In this document: positions 1-9,223 of the stretch, piece after piece
Layout: every line of letters begins with the position of its first letter
Position numbering within the stretch: position 1 is the stretch's first letter
Assembly (NCBI GenBank): GCA_002839765.1
Contig: PGYR01000005.1
Span: forward strand, 1-64,000
Length of the DNA stretch: 64,000 bases
Source: Ignavibacteriae bacterium HGW-Ignavibacteriae-4
GTDB lineage: Bacteria; Bacteroidota; Ignavibacteria; Kapaibacteriales; UBA2268
Reading direction: 5' to 3'
Program-made: the position numbers and the translations under genes
The notes under the pieces: model-generated
Told to the model about the DNA's origin: nothing
Seen by the model: only the letters and a program-made list of their open reading frames with translations
Database searches by the model: none

Positions 1-1
1 A

Positions 2-262
2 CTAACTAGTGCAGAAGATATTCCCGAATCTAATATAGTGATTTCACCGAACCCAAGCCAGAACACAATTAGAGTACACACCAAAGTTGAGCAGTTCATA
101 AGCTACGAAATTGTGGATATGAATGGGATAGTCACACTAGAAGAAAAGTCGTCTTCTAATACTATTAGCATTGATATTAGTAGTCTTAGCAAAGGTGTAT
201 ATTTCATTCAGCTAACTAAAATAGATGGCTCAACCCACAAAGCAAAATTCGTAAAGGAATAG
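2..262 (+). CDS. 3' fragment of a secreted protein carrying a T9SS (Por) C-terminal sorting domain; 5' end lies outside window
   Basis: Frame continuous from window edge; translated tail ISPNPSQNTIRV...VYFIQLTKIDGSTHKAKFVKE matches the T9SS CTD pattern seen at the C-termini of several other proteins here. Confidence 0.6.
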   Translation, partial: LTSAEDIPESNIVISPNPSQNTIRVHTKVEQFISYEIVDMNGIVTLEEKSSSNTISIDISSLSKGVYFIQLTKIDGSTHKAKFVKE

Positions 263-300
263 GAAAAAAAAGAGCTAACCCACATAAGTGAATTAGCTCT
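263..300 (-). terminator. Rho-independent terminator candidate for lipoprotein gene 324..944
   Basis: Plus-strand A8 run (263-270) followed by hairpin agagctaa-N14-ttagctct (271-300); on minus strand this is hairpin then T8. Confidence 0.5.
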
Positions 301-323
301 CTGTAATCTATGTAGCAATCAAA

Positions 324-944
324 TTATTCGTTTGTTAACTTTCCTTGTACTCCATTCGGTTTACCTACAGCATCTAGATCTAAGCTATAAGTAAATTTGA
401 AGTTGAATTTTCGAGTTTTTGTAGGGGAAACGTTGTCATCTGACAATTCTAAATTATTCGTCCAGAATGTAACAGTATTATTATCATTTTTCTTGAAGTA
501 TAGTTTTCCTTTAGTCGTTATCGCCAAACCGCCTGCTGTGTACCATCTATTCGGGGCAGTATCTTTGTTTGAGTTTAGCTCACTCACCTCAAATTCCAGC
601 TCTTTCATATCTATGATACTAGTTATATAGTTCATCTCAGCAGTTTTATCAGTAGGAAGTGGGTACTTAACTTTCAGCGTAAACCCATTGTTATTATTAT
701 CATCTGATTTAACAAAGAACCACAATTGGTTGATAAAATTTTGATGGAATAGATTAATATCAACTAGACTGTAAGTGTTCTCAGGTGACACTAATGTGTT
801 ATTAGCTGCCAAAGCCGTAGATGATTTATCACCGTCATTGGGGTCAGTGCTATTGTCATCTTTACATGCACTTAAGCTCAACAGTAATGATAGAAGAGCG
901 ATGGAAACAATTTTATAAACGATACTTTTCATAGAAAACTCCAT
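324..944 (-). CDS. hypothetical lipoprotein
   Basis: N-terminus MKSIVYKIVSIALLSLLLSLSAC = signal peptide with lipobox LSAC followed by D/N/S-rich linker. Confidence 0.55.
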   Translation of the reverse strand: MEFSMKSIVYKIVSIALLSLLLSLSACKDDNSTDPNDGDKSSTALAANNTLVSPENTYSLVDINLFHQNFINQLWFFVKSDDNNNNGFTLKVKYPLPTDKTAEMNYITSIIDMKELEFEVSELNSNKDTAPNRWYTAGGLAITTKGKLYFKKNDNNTVTFWTNNLELSDDNVSPTKTRKFNFKFTYSLDLDAVGKPNGVQGKLTNE

Positions 945-1009
945 TATAGGTAAAAAAAATCTAGCAAATATAGGGATTCAATTCGTCATATAAAAGACAA
1001 TATTTAGCC

Positions 1010-1591
1010 TCATCTTCTCGGTGCTGACTGACCAGCAGAACCATCAGAAATTGTGACACCAGCAAAACCCCAACCTCTACCGCTTAGGCCTACTATAGTT
1101 ATGGAAGTAATGTCAGCTCTACGTAAAGTAATATTCTGATAAGAGTAGTTCCCAATATCATTGCTAATAGCCCCAACAAGTAAACCAGAAGCAAACTTAA
1201 CGCCCTCGGGACCTGGATCTTGACTAACTTCTTTGCAGATTACCTTCTTGTCATACGATGCTGTTTTAGTATGAAGTGGGTAAGGTTCTTCGTTTACAAA
1301 TACTGCAACCGAATCATCATCATTAAGTCCCCAAACACGAAATGAAGGATTGGTCTGAGGTTCGGTGAAGTTCACAGTGATTGCTTTCTTACCACTTCCC
1401 ATAACAAAATACGTTGGGTCTTGACCAGCACAGCCATAACTGACAAACGAGCCACCAACAAATGTATAAGTTAGTATTTCTGGTTTGTTAGCATCACTGC
1501 GGATATAAGTATCCTTACCTTTTGCTATTCCAATTGCAAATAAGAAAATGATAATTACAGTTATATTTTGATATATTGATTTTATTTTCAT
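1010..1591 (-). CDS. hypothetical secreted protein
   Basis: 193-aa ORF with N-terminal signal-like hydrophobic segment IIIFLFAIGIAKG. Confidence 0.45.
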   Translation of the reverse strand: MKIKSIYQNITVIIIFLFAIGIAKGKDTYIRSDANKPEILTYTFVGGSFVSYGCAGQDPTYFVMGSGKKAITVNFTEPQTNPSFRVWGLNDDDSVAVFVNEEPYPLHTKTASYDKKVICKEVSQDPGPEGVKFASGLLVGAISNDIGNYSYQNITLRRADITSITIVGLSGRGWGFAGVTISDGSAGQSAPRR

Positions 1592-1646
1592 TTACGACAC
1601 TTCGCTATTAATAATAAATAAGTTTAAATTAGCACACTTATATTAA

Positions 1647-1682
1647 CTAAAAAACCAAAATAAGCACTTTTAGAAGTGCTTA
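1647..1682 (-). terminator. Rho-independent terminator candidate downstream of ATPase gene 1753..3183
   Basis: Perfect 22-bp palindrome taagcactttt/aaaagtgctta (1661-1682) followed on the minus strand by T-rich run (plus 1647-1660 aaaaaaccaaaa). Confidence 0.5.
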
Positions 1683-1707
1683 AAATACAAAAAAGTGTGA
1701 AATAAGG
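1658..1707. repeat. Direct repeat A, copy 1 (50 bp, contains 22-bp perfect palindrome)
   Basis: aaataagcacttttagaagtgcttaaaatacaaaaaagtgtgaaataagg; second copy at 3212..3261 with 3 mismatches; the two copies bracket the ATPase gene. Confidence 0.85.
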
Positions 1708-1752
1708 TTTTTTAGAGCGTATTTATTTCTTATTTCACATTTTGTGATTTCA

Positions 1753-3183
1753 CTAGGCATTCTTTCTGCTCTCTAATGTATTTCTACCAACTGTATATGC
1801 GTAAGCGGCAGCTGGTATATACTGTATATTCAAACCTTCATACGTTTTAGCGCCCTCTATATCTATAGTCGTAACTATAGGATTATTCAATTTACTTTGG
1901 GTGCAAAATTTATAAAGACTTTTCAATTCTTTCGGCTTATTATAAAAACGGTTAGACCATTTTATTTCTAATGCCCAAAGCGGTTTTAGATTTGTGTCAT
2001 TCAGCCCAACCATATCTACCTCACCATTCGACCATCTGGCATACCATGGAGTGAACCTATCCCTGTGCATCCATTGAGAATATATTGCCGTCTCTACCAT
2101 ATCACCAATCATATCATCTGTGCTTGTGATAGGAGAGAAAAGAGCACTTCTTAAAGATGGATTAGTAAGATATAACTTAAAGAAATTATCCCTTTTGAAC
2201 TTTTTCCCACTTTGGTCTATTCTTCTAATCAGCTTTATTAGGTACGCCGCTTCCAAATATTCTATGTACTTTTTCAATGTCGTTTTTGGTACTTGAGATT
2301 GCTTACTCAAAGACTCCAAAGAAAACTCACTCCCACTGTTGAATGCGATAGTTGTGAACAGAGAATTCAGCTCCCTAGTGTCGCTTATACCATAAATACT
2401 AGGTAAGTCTCTAAGCAGAACTTTATCTACTATATCGTGCCTTATATACCTACCAGGATTAGATTGTATCTGCTTTGAGAATATAACTTCTGGATAACCA
2501 CCAAAATTAATATAATCTATAAAGTGTCTATTCAGCTCATCCAAATACACAGAGGTATAGAAAGTGGTTTTTTCTCCTTTCCAGATTAACTCCGTATTCA
2601 TCATCAAACCATCTAGCCCTTTCAGAGAAATATACTCGTTGAAAGTTAGTGGTGGCAACAGAAAATCAGTAAATCTGCCTGCACCACTTTCGTTGCTTGC
2701 AAACTTCAATGCAGCAGCAGCTGATCCAGATACTATAAACTTATCTTTTCTAAAGCTATCTACAAGAGTTTTCAGATGCAGTTCCCAATCTTTGCAATAC
2801 TGAATCTCATCATATATCACATACCAATCCGACTTATCAGTTAAGCCAGTTGCTTCCTTAGCATATTCGAATAATTTTTCTAACGATATGTTATTGTAGA
2901 TTGGATTTTCAATTGTTATAAATATTATCTTCTTGGGGTTTATGCCATTTTGTATCATGTCTTCTATGAGATGGAAAAGCATAACCGTTTTTCCAACTCT
3001 TCGTGGCCCCATAAGCACTACTGCTCTTCGGATTTCTTTTTCATAGACCAATGGTTTGAATAAATCAAAGTACAATCTTCTGGACATATCATTATAGTCG
3101 CCCTCTATATGACCATCTATCCACCAAGGATTTTCAAATCTTATTCTGTCTAATACTTGTATTTTAGATATATTTTTTAGCAT
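1753..3183 (-). CDS. AAA+ superfamily ATPase of the COG1373 type (AAA_14 N-terminal domain + DUF4143 C-terminal domain)
   Basis: Walker A VVLMGPRRVGKT, Walker B-like IYDEIQY, 476 aa; family assignment from memory of the common Bacteroidota 'ATP-binding protein' architecture. Confidence 0.7.
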   Translation of the reverse strand: MLKNISKIQVLDRIRFENPWWIDGHIEGDYNDMSRRLYFDLFKPLVYEKEIRRAVVLMGPRRVGKTVMLFHLIEDMIQNGINPKKIIFITIENPIYNNISLEKLFEYAKEATGLTDKSDWYVIYDEIQYCKDWELHLKTLVDSFRKDKFIVSGSAAAALKFASNESGAGRFTDFLLPPLTFNEYISLKGLDGLMMNTELIWKGEKTTFYTSVYLDELNRHFIDYINFGGYPEVIFSKQIQSNPGRYIRHDIVDKVLLRDLPSIYGISDTRELNSLFTTIAFNSGSEFSLESLSKQSQVPKTTLKKYIEYLEAAYLIKLIRRIDQSGKKFKRDNFFKLYLTNPSLRSALFSPITSTDDMIGDMVETAIYSQWMHRDRFTPWYARWSNGEVDMVGLNDTNLKPLWALEIKWSNRFYNKPKELKSLYKFCTQSKLNNPIVTTIDIEGAKTYEGLNIQYIPAAAYAYTVGRNTLESRKNA

Positions 3184-3211
3184 AATAAACCTTATTTAAT
3201 ACAAATATACG

Positions 3212-3261
3212 AAATAAGCACTTTTAAAAGTGCTTAAAATGTAAAAAAGTGTGAAATAAGG
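3212..3261. repeat. Direct repeat A, copy 2
   Basis: aaataagcacttttaaaagtgcttaaaatgtaaaaaagtgtgaaataagg; 47/50 identical to 1658..1707; palindrome perfect in this copy. Confidence 0.85.
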
Positions 3262-3289
3262 AATTTTGGGGTGAAATTATGCATTATTT

Positions 3290-3490
3290 CTATATCCACC
3301 TACTATCTCGCCACTCTTTTTGTTCCTCTTTGGTAAGGAAAGTCCAAGCTATAACCTGACTTGATTTATTCCCAGTTCCCATAGGGATAGTTCTTATGCT
3401 TTTTGCACCACTGTCTTTCAGCTTGTCAAATATTGATTTTACATTCGATTTCTTTGAGACTAAAGTCTCTTGTACTCTATGATTATCCAC
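3290..3490 (-). pseudogene. Duplicated 3' fragment of rlmF (encodes last ~60 aa only)
   Basis: 3307..3466 is ~98% identical (3 mismatches) to 5932..6091 inside intact rlmF; translated tail ...FDKLKDSGAKSIRTIPMGTGNKSSQVIAWTFLTKEEQKEWR matches rlmF C-terminus; no N-terminal catalytic part. Confidence 0.8.
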
Positions 3491-5888
3491 GGTAAGACTT
3501 TTCAGCTTTCACTATATTCTCTATACCTTTTAATAAAGCGTCGGGATTAAAAGAAATACTGTTTATACCACAGTCAACTAAAAAATGTGCATATTCAGGA
3601 TAGTCACTTGGGGCCTGGCCGCATAGGCCAATCTTTACACCAAGAGCATTTGCCTTTTCTATCGACATTTTAATTAATTGCATAACAGCCGGGTCGAATG
3701 GGGTAAAAACCTCACTCAGCAATTCGGAGTCACGGTCGGCACCCAAAGTGAGCTGTGTAAGGTCATTGGAGCCGATGGAAAAGCCATCAAAATATTTGGC
3801 AAATTCCTCAGCCAATAATGCATTACTCGGTATTTCAACCATCATATATAGTTCCAGACCGTTTTGCCCTCTTTTTAGACCTTGACTTTCCATTATGGAG
3901 ATGACTTTTTGGGCTTCGGCAACATTCCTAACAAATGGAATCATAACTTTAACATTCGTAAATCCCATATCTTCCCTAACCAACTTTATGGCTTTGCATT
4001 CCATTTCAAAAGCTTCACGGTATAGTGGGTGATAGTAGCGTGATGCACCACGGAAACCAATCATTGGGTTTTCTTCCTTGGGTTCAAAATCGCGTCCCCC
4101 TAGCAGATTTGCATATTCGTTAGATTTGAAATCACTCATTCGCACAATCACATCCTTAGGGTGGAATGCCGCTGCAATAGTCGCAATTGACTCTGCCAGA
4201 CGATGAATGAAGTAATCCTGCTTATCTGGATAATGGTGAGTTAGTTCTTCTATTTCCAGTCGTACATCTTTATCCAAGATTTTTTCAAAATGGCGTAGTG
4301 CCATGGGATGCACACGAATCGAGTTATTGATAATGAACTCCATACGCATAAGTCCAATGCCACTATTAGGGAGTGAGGAGTATTTGAATGCTTGTTCTGG
4401 GTGGCCTAGAATTAGCATCACATCTGTTTTGGGTATTTCTACTTGGGAGAGGTCTATTTCCTTTTCTTCCCAGCTAGCTTCCCCTTCATAGATAAAACCT
4501 GTATTTCCTTCTGCAGTGGATACAGTAATAATCTGCCCATCTTTAATGAGCTTGGTGGCATTACCAGTCCCCACTATGGCTGTAGCTCCTACTTCACGTG
4601 CCACTATGGCAGCATGTGAAGTCCTTCCACCCTGATCTGTTATAATAGCACCAGCTTTCTTTAGTACGGGATCCCAATCGGGGTCAGTTCTGCCAGTTAC
4701 TAGTATTTCTCCTTTGTACAATTTGTCCATCTCAGAAGGTGATTCCAATAATCGAGCTCTACCTGTAACTATACTGTTACCTAGCCCGATGCCTTCGCAT
4801 ATAAGTTTACCTTTCTCACTGATTGTATATTCTTTGAAGGAAACCTTTTCTGTTTTTTGGCTATGGACAGTTTCGGGTCTAGCTTGGACAATGAACAGTT
4901 TACCGCTCGTCCCATCTTTTGCCCACTCAATATCCATGTGCTTTTTATAATGTTGCTCAATTATAATAGCCCATTCTGCCAATTTGATTACTTCCTCATC
5001 GCTCAATATAAAGGACTGTTGCTGACTCATGGGGGTATCTTTGTTAATAATGGCATCTTCAGGTTTTACAATATCATTTATAGACTTCTCTGAATAAATC
5101 ATTGTCTTTTCTTTTGTGCCTAACTCGCGTGAAATTATAGCTTGTTTCACTTTACCAAGAAATGGTTTGTACACCAAAAACTCATCAGTGTTCACAGTAC
5201 CCTGCACTACATTTTCACCTAGTCCCCAAGCACCAGCTATCAAGGCAACTTTTTCAAATCCTGTATCTGGATCTAGCGTAAACATCACTCCAGAGCAAGC
5301 TTTATCTGAACGAACCATCAATTGTACACCTATCGAGAGAGCTACTTTTGAATGCTCAAAACCGTTATCAGAACGATATTTGATTGCTCGATCTGTAAAA
5401 AGGGAGGCATAGCATCGATGGCAGGCTTTTAGGAGATTGTCAATACCAGTTACATTCAAATAAGTTTCCTGCTGACCTGCAAAACTTGCGTTGGGAAGAT
5501 CTTCTGCCGTGGCGCTACTTCGTGCCGCAAAGGTAACACCTTCACCATATTGCCCTAAAAGATAATCATACCCTTCCTTTATTTTATCTTCTAATTCTTT
5601 GTTGAACGAACCGCTAAGCATCAATTGTCTGCATTTTTCTCCTACCTCGTGTAGGTTGGAAAAATTATCAGTATCAAGTGTAGAAAGCAATGTGTCTAAT
5701 TGGTTCCTTAACTCGTTGTGGTCGAGGAATTCCCAATAGGCTACAGAAGTAAGGGCAAAACCATCAGGTACGGCTACACCTTTGTTCGATAAGTTTTGGT
5801 ACATTTCGCCAAGAGAAGCATTTTTACCTCCCACCCGTTGGATGTCGTTAATCCCTATTTCATTAAAATATTTGATATATGTTTTCAT
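3483..5888 (-). CDS. ppsA: phosphoenolpyruvate synthase (pyruvate, water dikinase)
   Basis: N-terminus ...IGINDIQRVGGKNASLGEM aligns with E. coli PpsA start; PEP-utilising phosphohistidine motif GGRTSHAAIVAREVG; ~800 aa. Start set at ATG 5886-5888 (MKTYIKYF); the ORF-track start 5972 adds 28 residues read from the duplicated rlmF sequence. Confidence 0.9.
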   Translation of the reverse strand: MKTYIKYFNEIGINDIQRVGGKNASLGEMYQNLSNKGVAVPDGFALTSVAYWEFLDHNELRNQLDTLLSTLDTDNFSNLHEVGEKCRQLMLSGSFNKELEDKIKEGYDYLLGQYGEGVTFAARSSATAEDLPNASFAGQQETYLNVTGIDNLLKACHRCYASLFTDRAIKYRSDNGFEHSKVALSIGVQLMVRSDKACSGVMFTLDPDTGFEKVALIAGAWGLGENVVQGTVNTDEFLVYKPFLGKVKQAIISRELGTKEKTMIYSEKSINDIVKPEDAIINKDTPMSQQQSFILSDEEVIKLAEWAIIIEQHYKKHMDIEWAKDGTSGKLFIVQARPETVHSQKTEKVSFKEYTISEKGKLICEGIGLGNSIVTGRARLLESPSEMDKLYKGEILVTGRTDPDWDPVLKKAGAIITDQGGRTSHAAIVAREVGATAIVGTGNATKLIKDGQIITVSTAEGNTGFIYEGEASWEEKEIDLSQVEIPKTDVMLILGHPEQAFKYSSLPNSGIGLMRMEFIINNSIRVHPMALRHFEKILDKDVRLEIEELTHHYPDKQDYFIHRLAESIATIAAAFHPKDVIVRMSDFKSNEYANLLGGRDFEPKEENPMIGFRGASRYYHPLYREAFEMECKAIKLVREDMGFTNVKVMIPFVRNVAEAQKVISIMESQGLKRGQNGLELYMMVEIPSNALLAEEFAKYFDGFSIGSNDLTQLTLGADRDSELLSEVFTPFDPAVMQLIKMSIEKANALGVKIGLCGQAPSDYPEYAHFLVDCGINSISFNPDALLKGIENIVKAEKSYRG

Positions 5889-5908
5889 TTGTTCTCTATT
5901 AAGTTTTA

Positions 5909-6874
5909 TTATATTACTTCCCATCTCGTTTCTCGCCACTCTTTTTGTTCCTCTTTGGTAAGGAAAGTCCAAGCTATAACCTGGCTTGATTTATTCCCAG
6001 TTCCCATAGGGATAGTTCTTATGCTTTTGGCACCACTGTCTTTCAGCTTGTCAAATATTGATTTCACATTCGATTTCTTTGAGACTAAAGTTGAGAACCA
6101 AAAAAAATTTCTTAGATAATTTCTGCTCTCTTTGATCATATTAAGTATGAATTTATACTCACCGCCTTCGCATATCAGCTCATCGCTAATACCCGCAAAG
6201 TTGAGTACAGGAGTTTCTACTTTCTTCCCAGTTAGATTCTTGACTTTTCTGCGTGACCCTTTCTCCGCCTCGTCAGCAGAAGCATGAAAAGGAGGATTAC
6301 ATACACATAAATCTATTCTTTCCTCTTTGTCTATTACACCGTAGAAAACATCCTTTCTGTCAGGTTGTAATCTTAGTTCAATCATACCTTCGAGTGATGG
6401 ATTCGCATCCACTATATTTTGAGCAGATTCTATAGACTTGGGATCAATATCAGACCCAATGAACTTCCAACCATATTCCGTAACCCCGATAATAGGGTAT
6501 ATACAATTAGCCCCTACACCAATATCGAAGCAAGTAATCTTGTCACCAGTTGGAACATTACCAAAATTGTTTTCGCATAGCAAATCAGCTATATGATGAA
6601 TATAGTCGGCTCTTCCAGGTATAGGTGGGCATAGATTTGTGTCGGGAAAATCCCAATTTGCTATTCCATAATAATGATTTAGCAACGCTTTATTAAGCAA
6701 TTTCACAGCTGATGGGTCAGCAAAATCAATCGAATCCTCACCATATTTATTGGGCTTTACGTGATTCACTAATTCGGGATTAGATACTAATAGTGCACCC
6801 AAATCATATCTGTCTCGGTTTTTATTCCGAGGGTGTAATCTTGTTTTTTCTTGTTTATTTTTATCTTTGGGCAT
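5909..6874 (-). CDS. rlmF: 23S rRNA (adenine1618-N6)-methyltransferase
   Basis: Whole-length collinearity with E. coli RlmF/YbiN: LHPRNK..RYDL, ADPSAVKLLNKALL, DIGVGANCIYP, NPPFH motif, C-terminal IAWTF. Confidence 0.85.
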   Translation of the reverse strand: MPKDKNKQEKTRLHPRNKNRDRYDLGALLVSNPELVNHVKPNKYGEDSIDFADPSAVKLLNKALLNHYYGIANWDFPDTNLCPPIPGRADYIHHIADLLCENNFGNVPTGDKITCFDIGVGANCIYPIIGVTEYGWKFIGSDIDPKSIESAQNIVDANPSLEGMIELRLQPDRKDVFYGVIDKEERIDLCVCNPPFHASADEAEKGSRRKVKNLTGKKVETPVLNFAGISDELICEGGEYKFILNMIKESRNYLRNFFWFSTLVSKKSNVKSIFDKLKDSGAKSIRTIPMGTGNKSSQVIAWTFLTKEEQKEWRETRWEVI

Positions 6875-6898
6875 TGGTTTGTTGTGAGTTTAGAAGTG

Positions 6899-7540
6899 TT
6901 ACGGTATATCGTTAAATAATAACTGACCGACAAGTCGATCATTTTTGAAGAACATTGTTACTGAATGTCCAAAACTGTCAATTGCTATTTTTTTCTTTTT
7001 ATCTTGGATAGTATCGTCGTAAAATACATCACCAATAAATTCCCATTCAAGTATTTCGTAATTATCAATAAATTCTTGTTTATCAGGGTTTCCATAAATT
7101 TCAATTGCTTTCTTTCTATCCATTCCAATAAAAACACCTTTAGTTGAAATAAAATTACTTTTGTCGATTTCAATTGATTGCTTAATTAATACATCAAAGT
7201 ATCTATATTTCTGTTCATTAGATGCTAACTCACCCCCCTCAATATGTAATTGCATGCGTCTAATTATTTCTTGGGGTAGAATCTCATTGTTAAAATGAAA
7301 AGTCACTAACCTATGATAATCTGTATAAAGTTCTATTACTATTGTTTGATTTAGTGATTCATTTTTAAACCAAACTTTGTCACTGGATATAACCCCTCCA
7401 CTCTTTTTGTATTCATAGTTACCGTTAAACATCTCATCTTTAATAGGGTAATCATCAACAGTAAATAAGCGTAATGAATCAGAGCTCACATTATCTTCAC
7501 TTTCTAAAATGGAGTTAGTTAAAGTTTCATCCTTATTCAT
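6899..7540 (-). CDS. hypothetical protein; probably longer at N-terminus (lipoprotein-like signal encoded upstream in frame)
   Basis: 213-aa ORF; in-frame upstream codons 7541-7623 encode KKEWRRKIKAIIILISYLSFYTC (signal peptide/lipobox-like) but no ATG/GTG/TTG in frame. Confidence 0.5.
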   Translation of the reverse strand: MNKDETLTNSILESEDNVSSDSLRLFTVDDYPIKDEMFNGNYEYKKSGGVISSDKVWFKNESLNQTIVIELYTDYHRLVTFHFNNEILPQEIIRRMQLHIEGGELASNEQKYRYFDVLIKQSIEIDKSNFISTKGVFIGMDRKKAIEIYGNPDKQEFIDNYEILEWEFIGDVFYDDTIQDKKKKIAIDSFGHSVTMFFKNDRLVGQLLFNDIP

Positions 7541-7642
7541 TTCAGAAATACACGTATAAAATGATAAGTAAGATATTAAAATTATGATAGCTTTGATTTT
7601 CCTTCTCCATTCTTTCTTTGGGCATATTTACTATTTATTATT

Positions 7643-7679
7643 TATTCAAGAACACACGACACTTATCCTAACTTTCTTA
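7643..7679 (-). promoter_or_regulatory. Conserved upstream motif, copy a (upstream of 6899..7540)
   Basis: ttattcaagaacacacgacacttatcctaactttctt; related copies at 8257..8286 and 9224..9260. Confidence 0.45.
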
Positions 7680-7684
7680 CCTTC

Positions 7685-8224
7685 TTAATCATTATCTAAT
7701 GGTTCCCATTTTCCTTTTTTAAAGAAAACATTACCGTATTTTGGAGAGTTAAAAACATAATAAAATGACCAAACTGTCCTGTATAATGTTGGTTCATTTT
7801 CGATAATATGATGTCTTGGTTCATCTATATCAAGAATCAATCTTGGTCTTTTATATGAAGGATGAAAGCTTATAGTTCCTTTATGACGTTTTAATATACT
7901 ATCTTTTTCTGTTTCGTAGAATATTATTGAGTTATCTTCTTTTATTATGAACCTATAGTGGTCGTATTGCCAGTCAGATTGTTTACCTGAGAATTTTGTT
8001 CTATCAATTATATACTCACCATATATGTCTACTCGTTCCAAGTCCTTTTTTTCAGTGAATATTTTTACAATCGAGACTAATGTCAAAAAACTAAATATTC
8101 CGACCCATATAAATAGTACAAAAACCCCAAATATATTCTTTCTTGATCCTAACCAAATAAATAAAAGAGCAACAGTCAAAGGAAGTATTATAAAAAACAT
8201 TACAAGATTAAATCCGAATCCCAT
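7685..8224 (-). CDS. hypothetical membrane protein (two N-terminal TM helices)
   Basis: MGFGFNLVMFFIILPLTVALLFIWL...VFVLFIWVGIFSFLTLVSIV hydrophobic segments. Confidence 0.5.
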   Translation of the reverse strand: MGFGFNLVMFFIILPLTVALLFIWLGSRKNIFGVFVLFIWVGIFSFLTLVSIVKIFTEKKDLERVDIYGEYIIDRTKFSGKQSDWQYDHYRFIIKEDNSIIFYETEKDSILKRHKGTISFHPSYKRPRLILDIDEPRHHIIENEPTLYRTVWSFYYVFNSPKYGNVFFKKGKWEPLDND

Positions 8225-8256
8225 ATCATTGGACCTCCATCTCTATTTCATGTTTG

Positions 8257-8286
8257 TTATTCAACCTCACACCAAACTAATCCTTA
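8257..8286 (-). promoter_or_regulatory. Conserved upstream motif, copy b (upstream of 7685..8224)
   Basis: ttattcaacctcacaccaaactaatcctta. Confidence 0.45.
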
Positions 8287-8288
8287 CA

Positions 8289-9200
8289 TTATAAACAGGT
8301 ATTTTCATAGATGGTCCTTGCTCTATCTAAACCAAGTTCAGCTGCCTTTTTCAAATCAGAACAAGCCCCTTCTGAATCACCAATTTTATGTTTTATTCCT
8401 GCTCTACCAAAATATGGTTGTGAGTTATTTGGGTCTAGTTCAATTGCTTTTGTATAATCGTCGATTGCTTCACTATAATTATTCAATCTACTATTTGCTA
8501 TTCCTCTGTTATCAAATGCAATAGGATTATTAGGATTTAGTTTTATATAAGTATCGAAGTCTGAGATAGCATCATTGAATTTTTCCAATCTAATATATGC
8601 ATTACCTCTATTAATATAAGGTTCTAATTTTCTAGGATTAATTGAAATTGCTTTAGTATAATCGTCAATTGCACCATTGAAATCTCCTATCTTTTGTTTT
8701 GCATTCCCCCTATTATAATAGGCATCAACAAAATTTATGTTCATTGAAATTGCTTTTGTATAATCAACTATTGCCTCATTATATAACTTAGAATTTTTCT
8801 TTGAGTTTCCTCTAGCTAAAAAATAATCTTGATGCTCTTTCAATTTAATAGCTTTATCAAAATCATTGATAGCATCTGTAAACATTCTTAATTCATGTTT
8901 AGCATTTCCTCTATTGTAATAGACTTCAGGCTCGTTCTTCTCTAATTTCTCTGCTTGATCCAAATCTTGAATAGCTCCTTCGTGATCATTAAGAAGGCTT
9001 TTGACATTCGCTCTATTTATTAATCCATTTACAAAATCAGGTCTGATTTCTAATACTTTATCATACTCTTCTAATGCCTCTTTGTAATTACCATTTTTCT
9101 TAAATTCAACTGCTCTGTAAAATGCTTCTCTCGCAATGTCTTGAGAGTATGCAAAAAATGAGAGTTGCAAAAAAGCAATCATTACTATTATTCTCTTCAT
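8289..9200 (-). CDS. secreted tetratricopeptide-repeat protein
   Basis: Signal peptide MKRIIVMIAFLQLSFFAYSQ; at least 7 TPR-like repeats of the form AxxxYNRGNAKxxxGDxxxAIxDYxKAIxLNP. Confidence 0.7.
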   Translation of the reverse strand: MKRIIVMIAFLQLSFFAYSQDIAREAFYRAVEFKKNGNYKEALEEYDKVLEIRPDFVNGLINRANVKSLLNDHEGAIQDLDQAEKLEKNEPEVYYNRGNAKHELRMFTDAINDFDKAIKLKEHQDYFLARGNSKKNSKLYNEAIVDYTKAISMNINFVDAYYNRGNAKQKIGDFNGAIDDYTKAISINPRKLEPYINRGNAYIRLEKFNDAISDFDTYIKLNPNNPIAFDNRGIANSRLNNYSEAIDDYTKAIELDPNNSQPYFGRAGIKHKIGDSEGACSDLKKAAELGLDRARTIYENTCL

Positions 9201-9223
9201 AGTTCATCCTCTTTATATTTTAT

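Noticed and set aside
5889-5972. ORF-track N-terminal extension of ppsA (MDFPYQRGTKRVARNEMGSNIIKLNREQ)
   Set aside because: Read from the duplicated rlmF-derived segment; E. coli-like PpsA alignment begins at MKTYIKYF (ATG 5886-5888).
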